Shown here in pieces: positions 41,544-52,053 of a stretch of 64,000 nucleotides of DNA; positions within the stretch are counted from its first letter, which is position 1; every line of letters starts with the position of its first letter. Position numbers and translations under genes: made by a program. Source of the DNA: Gammaproteobacteria bacterium. Lineage in GTDB: Bacteria > Pseudomonadota > Gammaproteobacteria > Eutrophobiales > Eutrophobiaceae. Below the pieces are notes generated by a model that saw only the letters and a program-made list of their open reading frames with translations, was not told the DNA's origin and ran no database searches. The DNA lies in assembly GCA_965238225.1 (NCBI GenBank), contig OZ250183.1:192001-256000 (forward strand), written 5' to 3'.

Positions 41544-42278
41544 CTATTTTACCCGCTTAACATTAAGAATCAGATAAATCACAAATATTGCCACTGCCAT
41601 GCCAAACCACTGAAAGGCATAGCCTAAGTGTTTTTCTTCTCCGTATCCTGGCGCTTTCCATTGCCGCTCAAACCCTGCTGGCGATTTGTGATCCAGCCTT
41701 ACGATATATGGCAAAAGCTTAAGGCTTGACAGCTCCTCTATGGCCTCTAGTTCCAGTTTTTGCACACGGATTATTCCCTCGCCGAGGTGCTGCATAATAT
41801 TTTCTGCTAACAGTATCCCTGTTTTTGGTGGTGATTTAACACTACCTGTGATTTGCAATACACCTTCTTTTGCTTTTGTATCAGGAGAATTGTCACGGCT
41901 ATTGCCAAGCGGCAGCCAACCTCGGTTTATCAACACCCACACATCCAGCTCTTTTAACTTAAATGGTGTATAAATAAAATAGCCTGCCACACCACGCTTT
42001 ACCTGATTGTCTAATAAAATGTTAATTTCTCTGGAAAACACCCCGTCAATAATAACCTTACGCCAATGTAATTCATCGAAATTATTCCGCAAAGCGTTTT
42101 CCTTGTTCAAATTAATTTCGTGCGCGCTTTGACTCGCTTCAAATTTATGATACAAGGTGCGCTTTTGTTCTGCCCTGTCCAACTGCCAAAACCCCAAATA
42201 GAAGAATAGAGGCGACACTAGGAAAACAGCTAATGTTGGCCACAAGCTCGGATTGAACTGCCAAGATACAATGCGCAT
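41544..42278 (-). CDS. SURF1 family protein
   Basis: LGFWQLDRA, LINRGW, HLGYAFQWF. Confidence 0.92.
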   Translation of the reverse strand: MRIVSWQFNPSLWPTLAVFLVSPLFFYLGFWQLDRAEQKRTLYHKFEASQSAHEINLNKENALRNNFDELHWRKVIIDGVFSREINILLDNQVKRGVAGYFIYTPFKLKELDVWVLINRGWLPLGNSRDNSPDTKAKEGVLQITGSVKSPPKTGILLAENIMQHLGEGIIRVQKLELEAIEELSSLKLLPYIVRLDHKSPAGFERQWKAPGYGEEKHLGYAFQWFGMAVAIFVIYLILNVKRVK

Positions 42279-42367
42279 TTAGACGTAGCCCCTGAGTAAT
42301 GTTGGTGTATGAATCGTAACACTAGGAAAGGTATACTCTCGCTTCACAAACAAGTTATATAATAAAA

Positions 42368-42622
42368 ATGACCAGCGCCCTCATTTTCAAAATTATTGTC
42401 GTGCTGTTACTGCTTGCAGTGCTTGTCAGTCTTGCTTCGGCTATGTTTTTTCTTGTTCACGACAAGGACAAACAAGTCCGCACTGTAAAATCACTCACCA
42501 TAAGAATCGCTCTATCAATTACACTGTTTTTGATGTTGATCGTCGGTTACTGCACAGGATTGATACAACCACATGGAATTAATCCCGAACCCCCTAAAAC
42601 AGAAAAGATACCAACAAAGTAG
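42368..42622 (+). CDS. twin-transmembrane small protein (DUF2909-like)
   Basis: Two TM helices, LTIRIALS, GLIQPH; opposite strand within the cox cluster, as typical. Confidence 0.8.
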   Translation: MTSALIFKIIVVLLLLAVLVSLASAMFFLVHDKDKQVRTVKSLTIRIALSITLFLMLIVGYCTGLIQPHGINPEPPKTEKIPTK

Positions 42623-42698
42623 CGTCTTTTTATTCATTGCTTTTGTATTTTATTAAGGATTATTCATAAAGAGGTCTATTAAAAATCAGGCCTGCTGC

Positions 42699-43580
42699 TT
42701 ACAACCAATAAACAAACACAAAAAGCACCAGCCAGACAACATCGACAAAGTGCCAATACCAAGCAACCGCTTCAAAGGCAAAGTGATTGTGCTCTGTAAA
42801 ATGACCTTTCATTGAGCGGATTAATATGACCGTCAACATGGTCGCACCCATGGTAACGTGGAAACCATGAAACCCCGTCAGCATATAAAAGGTTGATCCA
42901 TAAATCCCTGAGCCCAGCTTCAAGTTAAGCTCAGTATAGGCGTGATGGTATTCGCCTGCCTGAAAATAGACAAAGGTAAAGCCAAGCAAAACAGTTGCAA
43001 ACAACCACCAGCAAAGCGCCCTATTATCGTTCTTCTTCAATGCCCAATGTGCGAAAGTAACAGTCGCGCCACTGGATAGTAATATGGCAGTGTTCAGAGC
43101 AGGTATGCCCCATGCGGGGATGGTTTCATAAAACAGAGAGTCAATAAAAGCACTTTTATCCGGGATGGTTAGAATCGGCCAATCCATTACAAAGTCAGGC
43201 CATAAAAATACATGTGTTGCCAGCTTAGCGCCTTCACCAGACAACCAAGGTACAGATAATTGACGCGCATAAAACAAGGCGCCGAAAAAGACAGCGAAAA
43301 ACATCACTTCTGAAAAGATAAACCAGCTCATGCCCCAACGAAAACTGACATCGACCTGTTTGTTGTAGCGACCCTGTAAACTCTCCCTAATAACCTCAGC
43401 GAACCAGCCTGCAAACATATAAGCAACTACAGCGATGCCAATACCTAAAATAAAAGTGCCAAACCCTGAGCCATTCAACATGATGGCTCCACCAACGAAT
43501 GACAAAAACAATGCGATTGAACCAACCAAAGGCCAGCGGCTTGGGTCAGGTATGAAGTAAGTGTTGCTCGAATCGGACAT
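42699..43580 (-). CDS. coxC: cytochrome c oxidase subunit III
   Basis: WFIFSEVMFF, TGFHGFHV, WYWHFVDVVW. Confidence 0.96.
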   Translation of the reverse strand: MSDSSNTYFIPDPSRWPLVGSIALFLSFVGGAIMLNGSGFGTFILGIGIAVVAYMFAGWFAEVIRESLQGRYNKQVDVSFRWGMSWFIFSEVMFFAVFFGALFYARQLSVPWLSGEGAKLATHVFLWPDFVMDWPILTIPDKSAFIDSLFYETIPAWGIPALNTAILLSSGATVTFAHWALKKNDNRALCWWLFATVLLGFTFVYFQAGEYHHAYTELNLKLGSGIYGSTFYMLTGFHGFHVTMGATMLTVILIRSMKGHFTEHNHFAFEAVAWYWHFVDVVWLVLFVFVYWL

Positions 43581-43627
43581 AACTTCTTTTTCTCGTTTAT
43601 TATCTAATGCTTAAATTTAAAATTATT

Positions 43628-44200
43628 TCAAATAGCGGTTTCTAAAACAGCAAATGAAGATGTTCGGGCAGTATGTTTGAGTTCCTGTTCCTGTGCGGCA
43701 AAAAATGTATACGATAAAGTGAGCGTTGAAATCTTTTTCGGCAAATCTGTTGCCACAACAAAACGGACAAGCATTTCTTTTTGCTCGTTGGCAGCCAATG
43801 TTTGTCGGCTAAAGCAAAAGCATTCTGTCTTATTAAAAAACAGAGAGGCCTGTGCTGGCGCTACGCTTGGTACTGCCTGGCCTGTCACCGCAACAGCAGA
43901 GGTGTTGACCGCAATAAACACTGCCTCTGTAAGCTCCCCAGGGTGTACTAGCAATTTTTTATCCACGGCCTCAAACTTCCACGGCAATTCGCTGTTTACA
44001 TTAGTATCAAGCTGAACTGTAACCGTACGATCACGGTCAATCACCAGCTCATTAACAACCTCGACCGTTATCTCTCCGGTTTTGCCGTTTAACCCGGTAA
44101 CTTCGCAAAACACATCATAAAGCGGCACCAAGGCATAACCAAAACCAAACATGGCGACCGCAAAAACCGCTAGTTTTGCGCTTATGTTGCTACCTATCAT
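43628..44200 (-). CDS. ctaG: cytochrome c oxidase assembly protein CtaG/Cox11
   Basis: VPLYDVFC, KTECFCF, TLSYTFF. Confidence 0.95.
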   Translation of the reverse strand: MIGSNISAKLAVFAVAMFGFGYALVPLYDVFCEVTGLNGKTGEITVEVVNELVIDRDRTVTVQLDTNVNSELPWKFEAVDKKLLVHPGELTEAVFIAVNTSAVAVTGQAVPSVAPAQASLFFNKTECFCFSRQTLAANEQKEMLVRFVVATDLPKKISTLTLSYTFFAAQEQELKHTARTSSFAVLETAI

Positions 44201-44322
44201 TTGAAGTAATACCAGATAAACCCAGCGTAAACGCCTAAAGCCACCAAGCTTAAAAAAACAGCCAGCTTGATATTAGCGGCAGCTCTAGCTTTTACTAATT
44301 TGTCTTCGTTTTTCTCAACCAT
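44197..44322 (-). CDS. 41-aa single-TM protein of the cox cluster (not in ORF track)
   Basis: MVEKNEDKLVKARAAANIKLAVFLSLVALGVYAGFIWYYFK; stop overlaps the ctaG ATG. Confidence 0.6.
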   Translation of the reverse strand: MVEKNEDKLVKARAAANIKLAVFLSLVALGVYAGFIWYYFK

Positions 44323-44352
44323 AATTACCCTTAAGCCTCAATACACAAGCTC

Positions 44353-45945
44353 CTAAGAATGAGCCGTTGCTTCTGTCACTTGAGGAGGTGTTGTAAATGA
44401 ATGAAACGGAGGAGGCGATGGCAAAGTCCATTCCAGACCTTGCGCCCCTTCCCACACTTGAGACGTCACCTTTTCTCCGCCACGGATACACTGAACGACG
44501 ACGACGACAAATAGCAACTGCGACAGTCCGAACACAAAACCGCCGATACTGGAAACCATATTCCAGTCAGCAAACTGCACACTGTAATCCGGGATTCGAC
44601 GCGGCATACCAGCAAGCCCTAAAAAGTGCTGCGGAAAAAATAGAACATTCACAGAAACAGCAGACAGCCAAAAATGCCATTTACCCAAGGTCTCATTGTA
44701 CATATGCCCAGTCCATTTTGGTAACCAGTAATAAGCGGCGGCGAGCAGAGCAAAAACTGCGCCCGGCACCAGCACATAATGGAAATGCGCAACAATGAAG
44801 TAAGTGTCATGGTATTGAAAATCAACCGGGGTTACGCCCATCATAAGACCAGTAAAGCCACCTATAGTAAAAAGGACAATAAAAGCCAGCGAGAATAACA
44901 TTGGTGTCTCGAAGGTCATGGAACCCCTCCATAGGGTCGCTATCCAGTTAAATATCTTAACACCCGTAGGCACTGCAATAGACATGGTGGCATACATAAA
45001 GTAAAGCTCACCAGCGAGCGGCATGCCAACAGTAAACATGTGGTGCGCCCAAACAAAAAAGGACAAAAATGCGATTGCTGCCGTTGCGTAAACCATTGAT
45101 ACGTAGCCAAAAAGTGGTTTTCGGGCAAAGGTAGGCAATACCTGCGAGACAATGCCAAAGGCGGGCAAAATTAGAATATAAACTTCAGGATGGCCAAAAA
45201 ACCAAAACACGTGCTGGAACATCACCGGGTCGCCACCGCCTGCCGCACTAAAGAAGCTGGTGGCAAAGAATTTATCTGTCAGTAACATAGTCACCGCGCC
45301 AGCAAAAACAGGCATGGCGGCAATCAATAGAAATGCGGTGATGATCCATGTCCAGACAAACAAGGGCAGTCTCATAAACGTCATGCCCGGTGCACGCATA
45401 TTAAACACTGTCGCGATAATATTGATGGCACCCATGATAGATGAGATGCCGAGGAAATGAACAGTAAAGATCAGAAAAGGAAAACCATCGCCTAGCTGTA
45501 AAACAAGCGGGGGATACATAGTCCAACCACCGGCAGGTGCACCACCTTCCATAAACAGGGTAGACAACAACAAGGCAAAGGCAAACGGCAATATCCAGAA
45601 ACTCATATTATTCATACGCGGGAGCGCCATATCCGGTGCGCCTATCATCATGGGAATTAACCAGTTAGCTAAACCCACGCCTGCAGGCATCACCGCACCA
45701 AATATCATAACCAAGGCGTGTACTGTGGTCATTTGATTGAAAAAATGCGGATTAACAAATTGTAGCCCAGGCTGAAAAAGCTCAGCACGTATTACCAAAG
45801 CCATGGCTCCACCGATAAAAAACATTATCAAGGCAAACACTAGATACATGGTGCCAATATCCTTATGGCTGGTAGAAAACAACCAACGGCCTATGCCTGT
45901 TGGTTTGTGATCGTGATGATCACCGTAGACAGTTGTTTCGCTCAT
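44353..45945 (-). CDS. coxA: cytochrome c oxidase subunit I (A1 type)
   Basis: WFFGHPEVY, WAHH, AHFHYV, GMPRR. Confidence 0.98.
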   Translation of the reverse strand: MSETTVYGDHHDHKPTGIGRWLFSTSHKDIGTMYLVFALIMFFIGGAMALVIRAELFQPGLQFVNPHFFNQMTTVHALVMIFGAVMPAGVGLANWLIPMMIGAPDMALPRMNNMSFWILPFAFALLLSTLFMEGGAPAGGWTMYPPLVLQLGDGFPFLIFTVHFLGISSIMGAINIIATVFNMRAPGMTFMRLPLFVWTWIITAFLLIAAMPVFAGAVTMLLTDKFFATSFFSAAGGGDPVMFQHVFWFFGHPEVYILILPAFGIVSQVLPTFARKPLFGYVSMVYATAAIAFLSFFVWAHHMFTVGMPLAGELYFMYATMSIAVPTGVKIFNWIATLWRGSMTFETPMLFSLAFIVLFTIGGFTGLMMGVTPVDFQYHDTYFIVAHFHYVLVPGAVFALLAAAYYWLPKWTGHMYNETLGKWHFWLSAVSVNVLFFPQHFLGLAGMPRRIPDYSVQFADWNMVSSIGGFVFGLSQLLFVVVVVQCIRGGEKVTSQVWEGAQGLEWTLPSPPPFHSFTTPPQVTEATAHS

Positions 45946-46024
45946 GTATCTATCCTCTAGATATGCTCTCTTTTAAGATATTATGATTCTTAATATTAAT
46001 TAAATTTATTGGCGTGCCTTTTCG

Positions 46025-47158
46025 CTAACGTGCAGCTTTAACATCAGCTGGCTGCACAACATCGGCTGTTGCATTCCCCCAAGCGTTCCTCTCATAGGTA
46101 ATAGCCGCTGCAATATCTGCATCAGACAATTGGGAAGCAAATACTGGCATCAGATTTTTACCAGTAAGTACCAACTTAACATGATCTGTCGCTGGCCCTT
46201 GCACAATAACGCTGCTATCTAACGGTGGAAACGGACCGGTGCCTTTACCATCAACCATGTGACAGGCTGCACAGTTAGCGTCATAGACCTCTTTTCCATG
46301 CACCATTAATTCATCCTTTGTCCATTCTCTGTCCGAGCTAGCAAGGGCATCTATTTGTGCCTGCTTGGTATCAGCAAGCCAAATACGATAATCTTCCTGT
46401 GACACTGCCTCTATAACAATCGGCATAAAGCCATGGTCTTTGCCGCACAGCTCAGCGCACTGGCCACGATATGTGCCTGTTTTTTCAATGTTGATCCAGT
46501 TGTCATTGATAAACCCAGGGATAGCATCGCGTTTCCAACCTAGATCAGGCACCCACCAAGCATGGATAACGTCATTGGCGGTGGTCAAAATCCGGATTTT
46601 TGTGTTTATTGGCAAAACCACAGGTCTGTCGACCTCCAATAGATAGTTATCAACGCTGGCAGGATCAATGCCAGAGTTCTTTTGCCTAGCCTCGTTACTG
46701 GATTTTGCTAGGTTGCTAAAGAAACTTAGGTTGTCTTCAATGTAGTCATATTTCCATTTCCACTGATAACCAGTAACTTTTAATGTCATCTCCGCATCAC
46801 CTGTTTGCTCCATGCGCACCAAAGTCTTGGTCGCAGGAACTGCGATAGCAACCAAAATCAAAATAGGGATAATCGTCCAAGTGATTTCGACAAAAGTGCT
46901 GTGGTGAAATTGTGCGGCAACCGCACCCTTTGATTTTCTATGATGGAAAATAGACCAAGCCATAACACCAAACACGATAATTCCTATAACCGTGACGATC
47001 CAAAGGATTATCATGTGCAGGTCATACACCTCGTGGCTAATTGGTGTCACACCCTCTCTCAGATTCAACGTCCAATCAGATGAGGCTGCCATTGGCAACA
47101 GAAACAATGTTGCGGCAAACACGCTCATTATAATTTTTCTTATACTTTTAAAATGCAT
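46025..47158 (-). CDS. coxB: cytochrome c oxidase subunit II with fused cytochrome c domain
   Basis: DVIHAW, CAELCGKDHGFM (CuA), CAACH; start uncertain. Confidence 0.95.
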   Translation of the reverse strand: MHFKSIRKIIMSVFAATLFLLPMAASSDWTLNLREGVTPISHEVYDLHMIILWIVTVIGIIVFGVMAWSIFHHRKSKGAVAAQFHHSTFVEITWTIIPILILVAIAVPATKTLVRMEQTGDAEMTLKVTGYQWKWKYDYIEDNLSFFSNLAKSSNEARQKNSGIDPASVDNYLLEVDRPVVLPINTKIRILTTANDVIHAWWVPDLGWKRDAIPGFINDNWINIEKTGTYRGQCAELCGKDHGFMPIVIEAVSQEDYRIWLADTKQAQIDALASSDREWTKDELMVHGKEVYDANCAACHMVDGKGTGPFPPLDSSVIVQGPATDHVKLVLTGKNLMPVFASQLSDADIAAAITYERNAWGNATADVVQPADVKAAR

Positions 47159-47378
47159 GAGGCGTTCTCTAAGCACAATGTATATGAACAATATAAATTT
47201 CTAACTTAATTTCCTTCAGCTTTTAATGCTTCTGGTTTTTTGCTGCGCTTAGGCTCGCCTAGTCGCGCTCAAACCAATCAACAATACGCCCTATTTCAGG
47301 ATCTTCTGGCAAATCTTTATGGGCGATCACCCTAAACCACCGACTCTACCTCGTTGTGTGTTTTTGCGCAAGACGGAT

Positions 47379-48053
47379 CTATATCAAAGACTGGCTGACA
47401 AGCTGAGCGGCAGCATGGTCTATATTAAAGCGGTTCATATAAGGCAAACGGCCTAAAAGCGGTGCACCAACTCGTGCCTCCAACGTAGCTATGGTCTCAT
47501 CAACACAAATATAATCTGGATCAAGTTGGTTGCTTATCCAACCGTGAAGTTTGGTCGATGTCGCCCCAATTGCCTTCGCTGTAGACAATGCATGGTTAAT
47601 ACAACCCAAACGCAAGCCGACCACGAGTATCACTTTCAGATCTAAGCGCGCAACAATATCTGCCAACATGGTGTGTGCTGCCAAAGGAACGCTCCAGCCT
47701 CCAACACCTTCTACCACAACACTGTCAACGTTTTTTTTCAATGTGTAGAATTCACGCGCTATCTTTTCGATATCAATCACTACCCCCGCCATTGCAGCTG
47801 CAATATGTGGTGCGATTGCTTGTTCAAATGCGTAAGGGTTAACGGTTTTATAATTCAAGATCTGACTTGACTGTTTAAGAATTCTAACAGCATCGTCATT
47901 ACGCAGTCCTTTGGTGGTTTTCTGGCAACCGCTTGACACAGGCTTCATGCCAACAATGACCCTCCCCTTGTTTTGCATTGACCGCATCAACGCCAACGCT
48001 GCCCAAGTTTTGCCTACGCCTGTATCTGTTCCGGTAATAAAACAATCTGACAT
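47379..48053 (-). CDS. bioD: dethiobiotin synthase
   Basis: TGTDTGVGKT, KPVSSG, VEGVGG, LGCINH. Confidence 0.96.
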   Translation of the reverse strand: MSDCFITGTDTGVGKTWAALALMRSMQNKGRVIVGMKPVSSGCQKTTKGLRNDDAVRILKQSSQILNYKTVNPYAFEQAIAPHIAAAMAGVVIDIEKIAREFYTLKKNVDSVVVEGVGGWSVPLAAHTMLADIVARLDLKVILVVGLRLGCINHALSTAKAIGATSTKLHGWISNQLDPDYICVDETIATLEARVGAPLLGRLPYMNRFNIDHAAAQLVSQSLI

Positions 48054-48055
48054 TT

Positions 48056-48919
48056 CTAATTTTTAATCTTCAGCGAAGAGACCGGGAAATAAGATTCATT
48101 AGGCAAGCTATCAGACTGGGTTTCTTGCAGTGGTACCCATGCATGGCCATAAACAACTTCATAAGTTGCGGGCAATCGTCCTTTGATACGATATTTTTCA
48201 TAAGCGGATTCCAAGCTTTTGATTTTTTTTTTACCAGTCAACCCCTTTAATCGATCATTGTCAACATTGCTTGCGCCTAGAGTTTTTAAATGTTTCATAA
48301 GAGAAAAACAATCTTCGTGCGTCAAGGTGATGTGCTCTACATCCACCACCGGCTCAACAAAACCCGCCCGCATTAAGGCATCACCAATGTCGTGCATATC
48401 AATGAATGTATTCACATGAACATCATCATCTACCACAGCCCAGCTAGAGCGTAGCTCTTTTAAGGTGTCAGGACCCAGAGTCGAGAATAGAAAAAGGCCT
48501 TGTTTTTTTAATGCGCTTTTAATGTGCATGAAAACTGCATCAAGATCATTACACCATTGCAACATCAGGCTTGAAAAAATTAATTCCGCAGAATTTTTTT
48601 TTAGCGGCAAGTTTTCGGCGTCACCACAAACATAATATTGCTTTGAAAAAAAGCGTGAGGCGTTATACCTAGACTGACTCAACATTTCCAAAGACAAATC
48701 AAGCTGCAGAACCTGTGCGCCTTTATACTTCTTCGCTAACTGCCTCGCAGCACCCCCTAACCCTGACCCAACATCAAAAATTATTTTTGGTGATATGTTT
48801 ACAAGCCCCAGTCTTTCTATCAATCGCTCGGCAACTGTCCTTTGCAACAGCGCATGATCTGCATAATGCTGCGCAGACTTACTAAAATTCACAAGCACTT
48901 TATTTTTATTAATAATCAT
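48056..48919 (-). CDS. bioC: malonyl-ACP O-methyltransferase
   Basis: DVGSGLG, SSLMLQW, GPDTLKEL, DMHDIGD, PATYEV. Confidence 0.93.
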   Translation of the reverse strand: MIINKNKVLVNFSKSAQHYADHALLQRTVAERLIERLGLVNISPKIIFDVGSGLGGAARQLAKKYKGAQVLQLDLSLEMLSQSRYNASRFFSKQYYVCGDAENLPLKKNSAELIFSSLMLQWCNDLDAVFMHIKSALKKQGLFLFSTLGPDTLKELRSSWAVVDDDVHVNTFIDMHDIGDALMRAGFVEPVVDVEHITLTHEDCFSLMKHLKTLGASNVDNDRLKGLTGKKKIKSLESAYEKYRIKGRLPATYEVVYGHAWVPLQETQSDSLPNESYFPVSSLKIKN

Positions 48920-48940
48920 TGGTGTAAGAGAACACGAGAC

Positions 48941-49738
48941 TTATAAAAACCCAGCCGTGAGTTTCAGCAGGGCGGCGGCTGTTTCCCGAGGACGCGACAA
49001 AAATGGAGTGTGCCCAACTCCAGAAATCTCGACTGTGTCAATATCTGGTCGTAATTCTTGAATTGCGCTAGCGCTTTCGCGTTTAACCAAAATATCGTTT
49101 TCGCCAAAGATTATACCCACGGGGCAACCCAGCTTTATCAGGGTTTGGCGCAAATCTTCATCTCTTAATATTTCCAGACCGGACAGGAGTGTTTTTTGTT
49201 CTGGCACGTTGCTTACAAGGCATTCGTTGAGTTTGTTTATTGTCTGCTTAGGGTGTGCTTCGCCCATGGCGGCAAGGACAGTGAACATTTGCAACGTTTT
49301 AATTTTATCTTTACCAAGCTGGTTAAACAGTTTGTTGAAATTTGACGGCGCAATACCGTGCTGCCAATCTTTTTTATTCAAAAAACACGGGCTGCTTGCA
49401 AGCAATACCAACGCCTTAAGATCGTCTCTCCTGCATACTAGCTTCATTGCCACCATTCCTCCCAATGACCACGCGAGAATGATGGCATTTTTAGGTACGT
49501 TTAAAGTGATGCTATTCGCTGCCTTATCGATATTTGTTTTATTGATGTCCGCTTGCTCGATCCGTCTGGCTTTATTAAAGATCGACTCATCTTTAATTGC
49601 AGGGCTTCCATAACCAGGCAAATCAATACACGTCACTCTCCATTGAGCTTCGAGGTATGGAATAAAATTTTTCCAAACTCGACTACCGAACCCCCAGCCA
49701 TGTATCAATACCAAATCCCTAATTTCTTTTTGTATCAC
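48941..49738 (-). CDS. bioH: pimeloyl-ACP methyl ester carboxylesterase
   Basis: HGWG, DLPGYG, WSLGG, SSPCF, GHTPFLS. Confidence 0.92.
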   Translation of the reverse strand: MIQKEIRDLVLIHGWGFGSRVWKNFIPYLEAQWRVTCIDLPGYGSPAIKDESIFNKARRIEQADINKTNIDKAANSITLNVPKNAIILAWSLGGMVAMKLVCRRDDLKALVLLASSPCFLNKKDWQHGIAPSNFNKLFNQLGKDKIKTLQMFTVLAAMGEAHPKQTINKLNECLVSNVPEQKTLLSGLEILRDEDLRQTLIKLGCPVGIIFGENDILVKRESASAIQELRPDIDTVEISGVGHTPFLSRPRETAAALLKLTAGFL

Positions 49739-50967
49739 GACAGCCTGCTCAATGTTTCCAACAGACGGTCAATTTGCGCTTCCGTGTGTTCGGCTGTTAA
49801 TGTGATTCTTAACCGTGCGCTGCCTTCTGGTACTGTGGGCGGTCTAATTGCAGTGACAAAAAACCCTGCGTCAAATAATTTATCACTGATACATACCGCT
49901 TTTTTTGAATCCCCAACCATAAATGGCTGAATAGCTGTCACAGAAGGAAGGAAGTGCAACCCCAAAACTTCAACCCTAGCACAAAAATATTCTATTAATG
50001 TGTTCAAGGTCTCTCTGCGCCATGATTCATGCTCAAGCACTTTAAGGGCTGTGATCGTTGCACCAGCTATTACAGGCGCTAATGCCGTTGTGTAAATATA
50101 GGTTTTGGCAAACTGTTTCAATGTTTCAATAAATATTTTATCTGCGGCAATAAACGCGCCTGCTGTGCCTAACGCCTTACTAAATGTTGCTACAAGAATG
50201 GGCACGTCCGTTGCTTGCATGTTTTTCTCTTCCAAAAGACCGCCGCCGCTTTTTCCAAGCACACCAAAACCATGTGCATCATCAACCGCAAGCACCGCGT
50301 CATTTTGCTTGCACACTTTAGCTAATTTTTCTATTGGGGCTTTGTCGCCATCCATGCTGAACACAGCGTCAGTAAGGACTAACTTATCTTTAAGGGGCGA
50401 GCTCCTTAGGGCAAAACCCAAAGCGTCGCAATCTGTATGTTTATATCTATGTAGTTTGGCCGCCGATAAGCGCGCTGCATCGATAAGAGAAGTATGCGCC
50501 AGACGATCAAGAAATACGCCATCTGCTCTTTCTGTAAACGTTGTCGCCACAGCCAAGTTAGCCATATATCCGCTTGGAAAAACTAAAGCGGCTTCTCTTC
50601 CGGTTTTCTCAGCAAGTGTTTCTTCAAGCTGCTGGTGCAAATGACTTCTACCACAAACCAATGGCGAGGCACTACTGCCAACACCGAATTTATCTGCGGC
50701 TTCCTTGAGCGCAAAGATAACAGCTTTATGTTTAGACAAACCAAGATAATCATTGCTGCAAAAATTTATTAGAAGATGACTGTCGATCTTAAACAATGAT
50801 CCGGATCGTGAAACAACTGTGTAAGGTCTACGAAAAAGATTTTGTTGTTTGTGGCGTTTAAGTTTTTTCTCTAACTTATGTCTGAAATTATTTTTTTCAG
50901 AATTATTTTTTTTAAGGTTATCCTTTTGGGAATCGTCTTTCTTAAAACTATCAGCATGAACGCTCAT
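49735..50967 (-). CDS. bioF: 8-amino-7-oxononanoate synthase
   Basis: NFCSNDYLGL, FSMDGD, DDAHG, TFSKA, IRPPTVP. Confidence 0.95.
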   Translation of the reverse strand: MSVHADSFKKDDSQKDNLKKNNSEKNNFRHKLEKKLKRHKQQNLFRRPYTVVSRSGSLFKIDSHLLINFCSNDYLGLSKHKAVIFALKEAADKFGVGSSASPLVCGRSHLHQQLEETLAEKTGREAALVFPSGYMANLAVATTFTERADGVFLDRLAHTSLIDAARLSAAKLHRYKHTDCDALGFALRSSPLKDKLVLTDAVFSMDGDKAPIEKLAKVCKQNDAVLAVDDAHGFGVLGKSGGGLLEEKNMQATDVPILVATFSKALGTAGAFIAADKIFIETLKQFAKTYIYTTALAPVIAGATITALKVLEHESWRRETLNTLIEYFCARVEVLGLHFLPSVTAIQPFMVGDSKKAVCISDKLFDAGFFVTAIRPPTVPEGSARLRITLTAEHTEAQIDRLLETLSRLS

Positions 50968-51031
50968 TTAAAAATCATTTTCTAAGAGAAGCAGCTCTTA
51001 AAAAAATTGCCCGCCAAAATTGCCCGTATTA

Positions 51032-52006
51032 CTAAGATACATTAATACCCAAACGATTAAATAATTGACGATCTTTTTCAAGCGCCGGATTGTCTGTTGT
51101 TAAAAGTTCTTCACCGTAAAAAATTGAGTTAGCCCCTGCCAAATAACAAAGCGCTTGGTGCTCGTCATTCATTTCCGACCGCCCGGCAGACAAGCGCACC
51201 ATTGCAGACGGCATCATAATCCTTGCCGCAGCTATCATGCGCACCACATCAAAAGGGCTCAGATCTTCTTCATCAGCTAATGGCGTACCTTTAACTTTTA
51301 CCAGTAGATTAATGGGTACGCTCTCTGGATGCTTTTCTAAATTCGCCAAAGTGCACAACATCTCTGCGCGATCGAGCCTGCCTTCGCCCATACCAATGAT
51401 GCCGCCCGAACAAACATTAATACCTGCATCGCGCACCCTTGCCAATGTTTGTAAACGATCTTTGTAGTCTCTGGTGCTAATAATGGTTTCATAAAACGAC
51501 TCTGAGGAATCAAGATTATGATTGTAATAATCAAGCCCTGCCTGTTGTAGTCTTAGCGCTTGATCGTCATCTAACATACCCATGGTAACACAGGTCTCCA
51601 AACCTAAAGACTTAACCGCCTTAACCATATCTAACACCACCTTGAAGTCTTTTTCCCTTGGGCTACGCCATGCTGCGCCCATACAAAACCTGCTCGCCCC
51701 CCTCTGTTTTGCTTGTTCTGCAGCGTCCACCACTTTGTCTAATGACAGCATTGCCTCAGCAGTTACTTCCGTTTGATAACGAACGCTTTGCGGGCAATAA
51801 GCGCAATCCTCAGGACAGCCGCCTTGCTTTATATTTAATAAGGTGCTTAGCTGCACAGTGTTGGCATTAAAATATTGCCGATGAATGGTTTGTGCTTGAA
51901 ACACTAGGTCGTTTAATGGTTGGTGCAACAACAATAAGGCTTCTTCAACCAGCCAATTATGGCGTGCTTCATTGTTTTTCTTTAATGTTTGGGTGTGCTT
52001 AGACAC
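51032..52006 (-). CDS. bioB: biotin synthase
   Basis: [26 protein letters not shown]; GTG start. Confidence 0.97.
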   Translation of the reverse strand: MSKHTQTLKKNNEARHNWLVEEALLLLHQPLNDLVFQAQTIHRQYFNANTVQLSTLLNIKQGGCPEDCAYCPQSVRYQTEVTAEAMLSLDKVVDAAEQAKQRGASRFCMGAAWRSPREKDFKVVLDMVKAVKSLGLETCVTMGMLDDDQALRLQQAGLDYYNHNLDSSESFYETIISTRDYKDRLQTLARVRDAGINVCSGGIIGMGEGRLDRAEMLCTLANLEKHPESVPINLLVKVKGTPLADEEDLSPFDVVRMIAAARIMMPSAMVRLSAGRSEMNDEHQALCYLAGANSIFYGEELLTTDNPALEKDRQLFNRLGINVS

Positions 52007-52053
52007 AAACGTAGTTTTGTCAGTCTTTTGATCAGCTTCCTAGCTGGCCTGTT

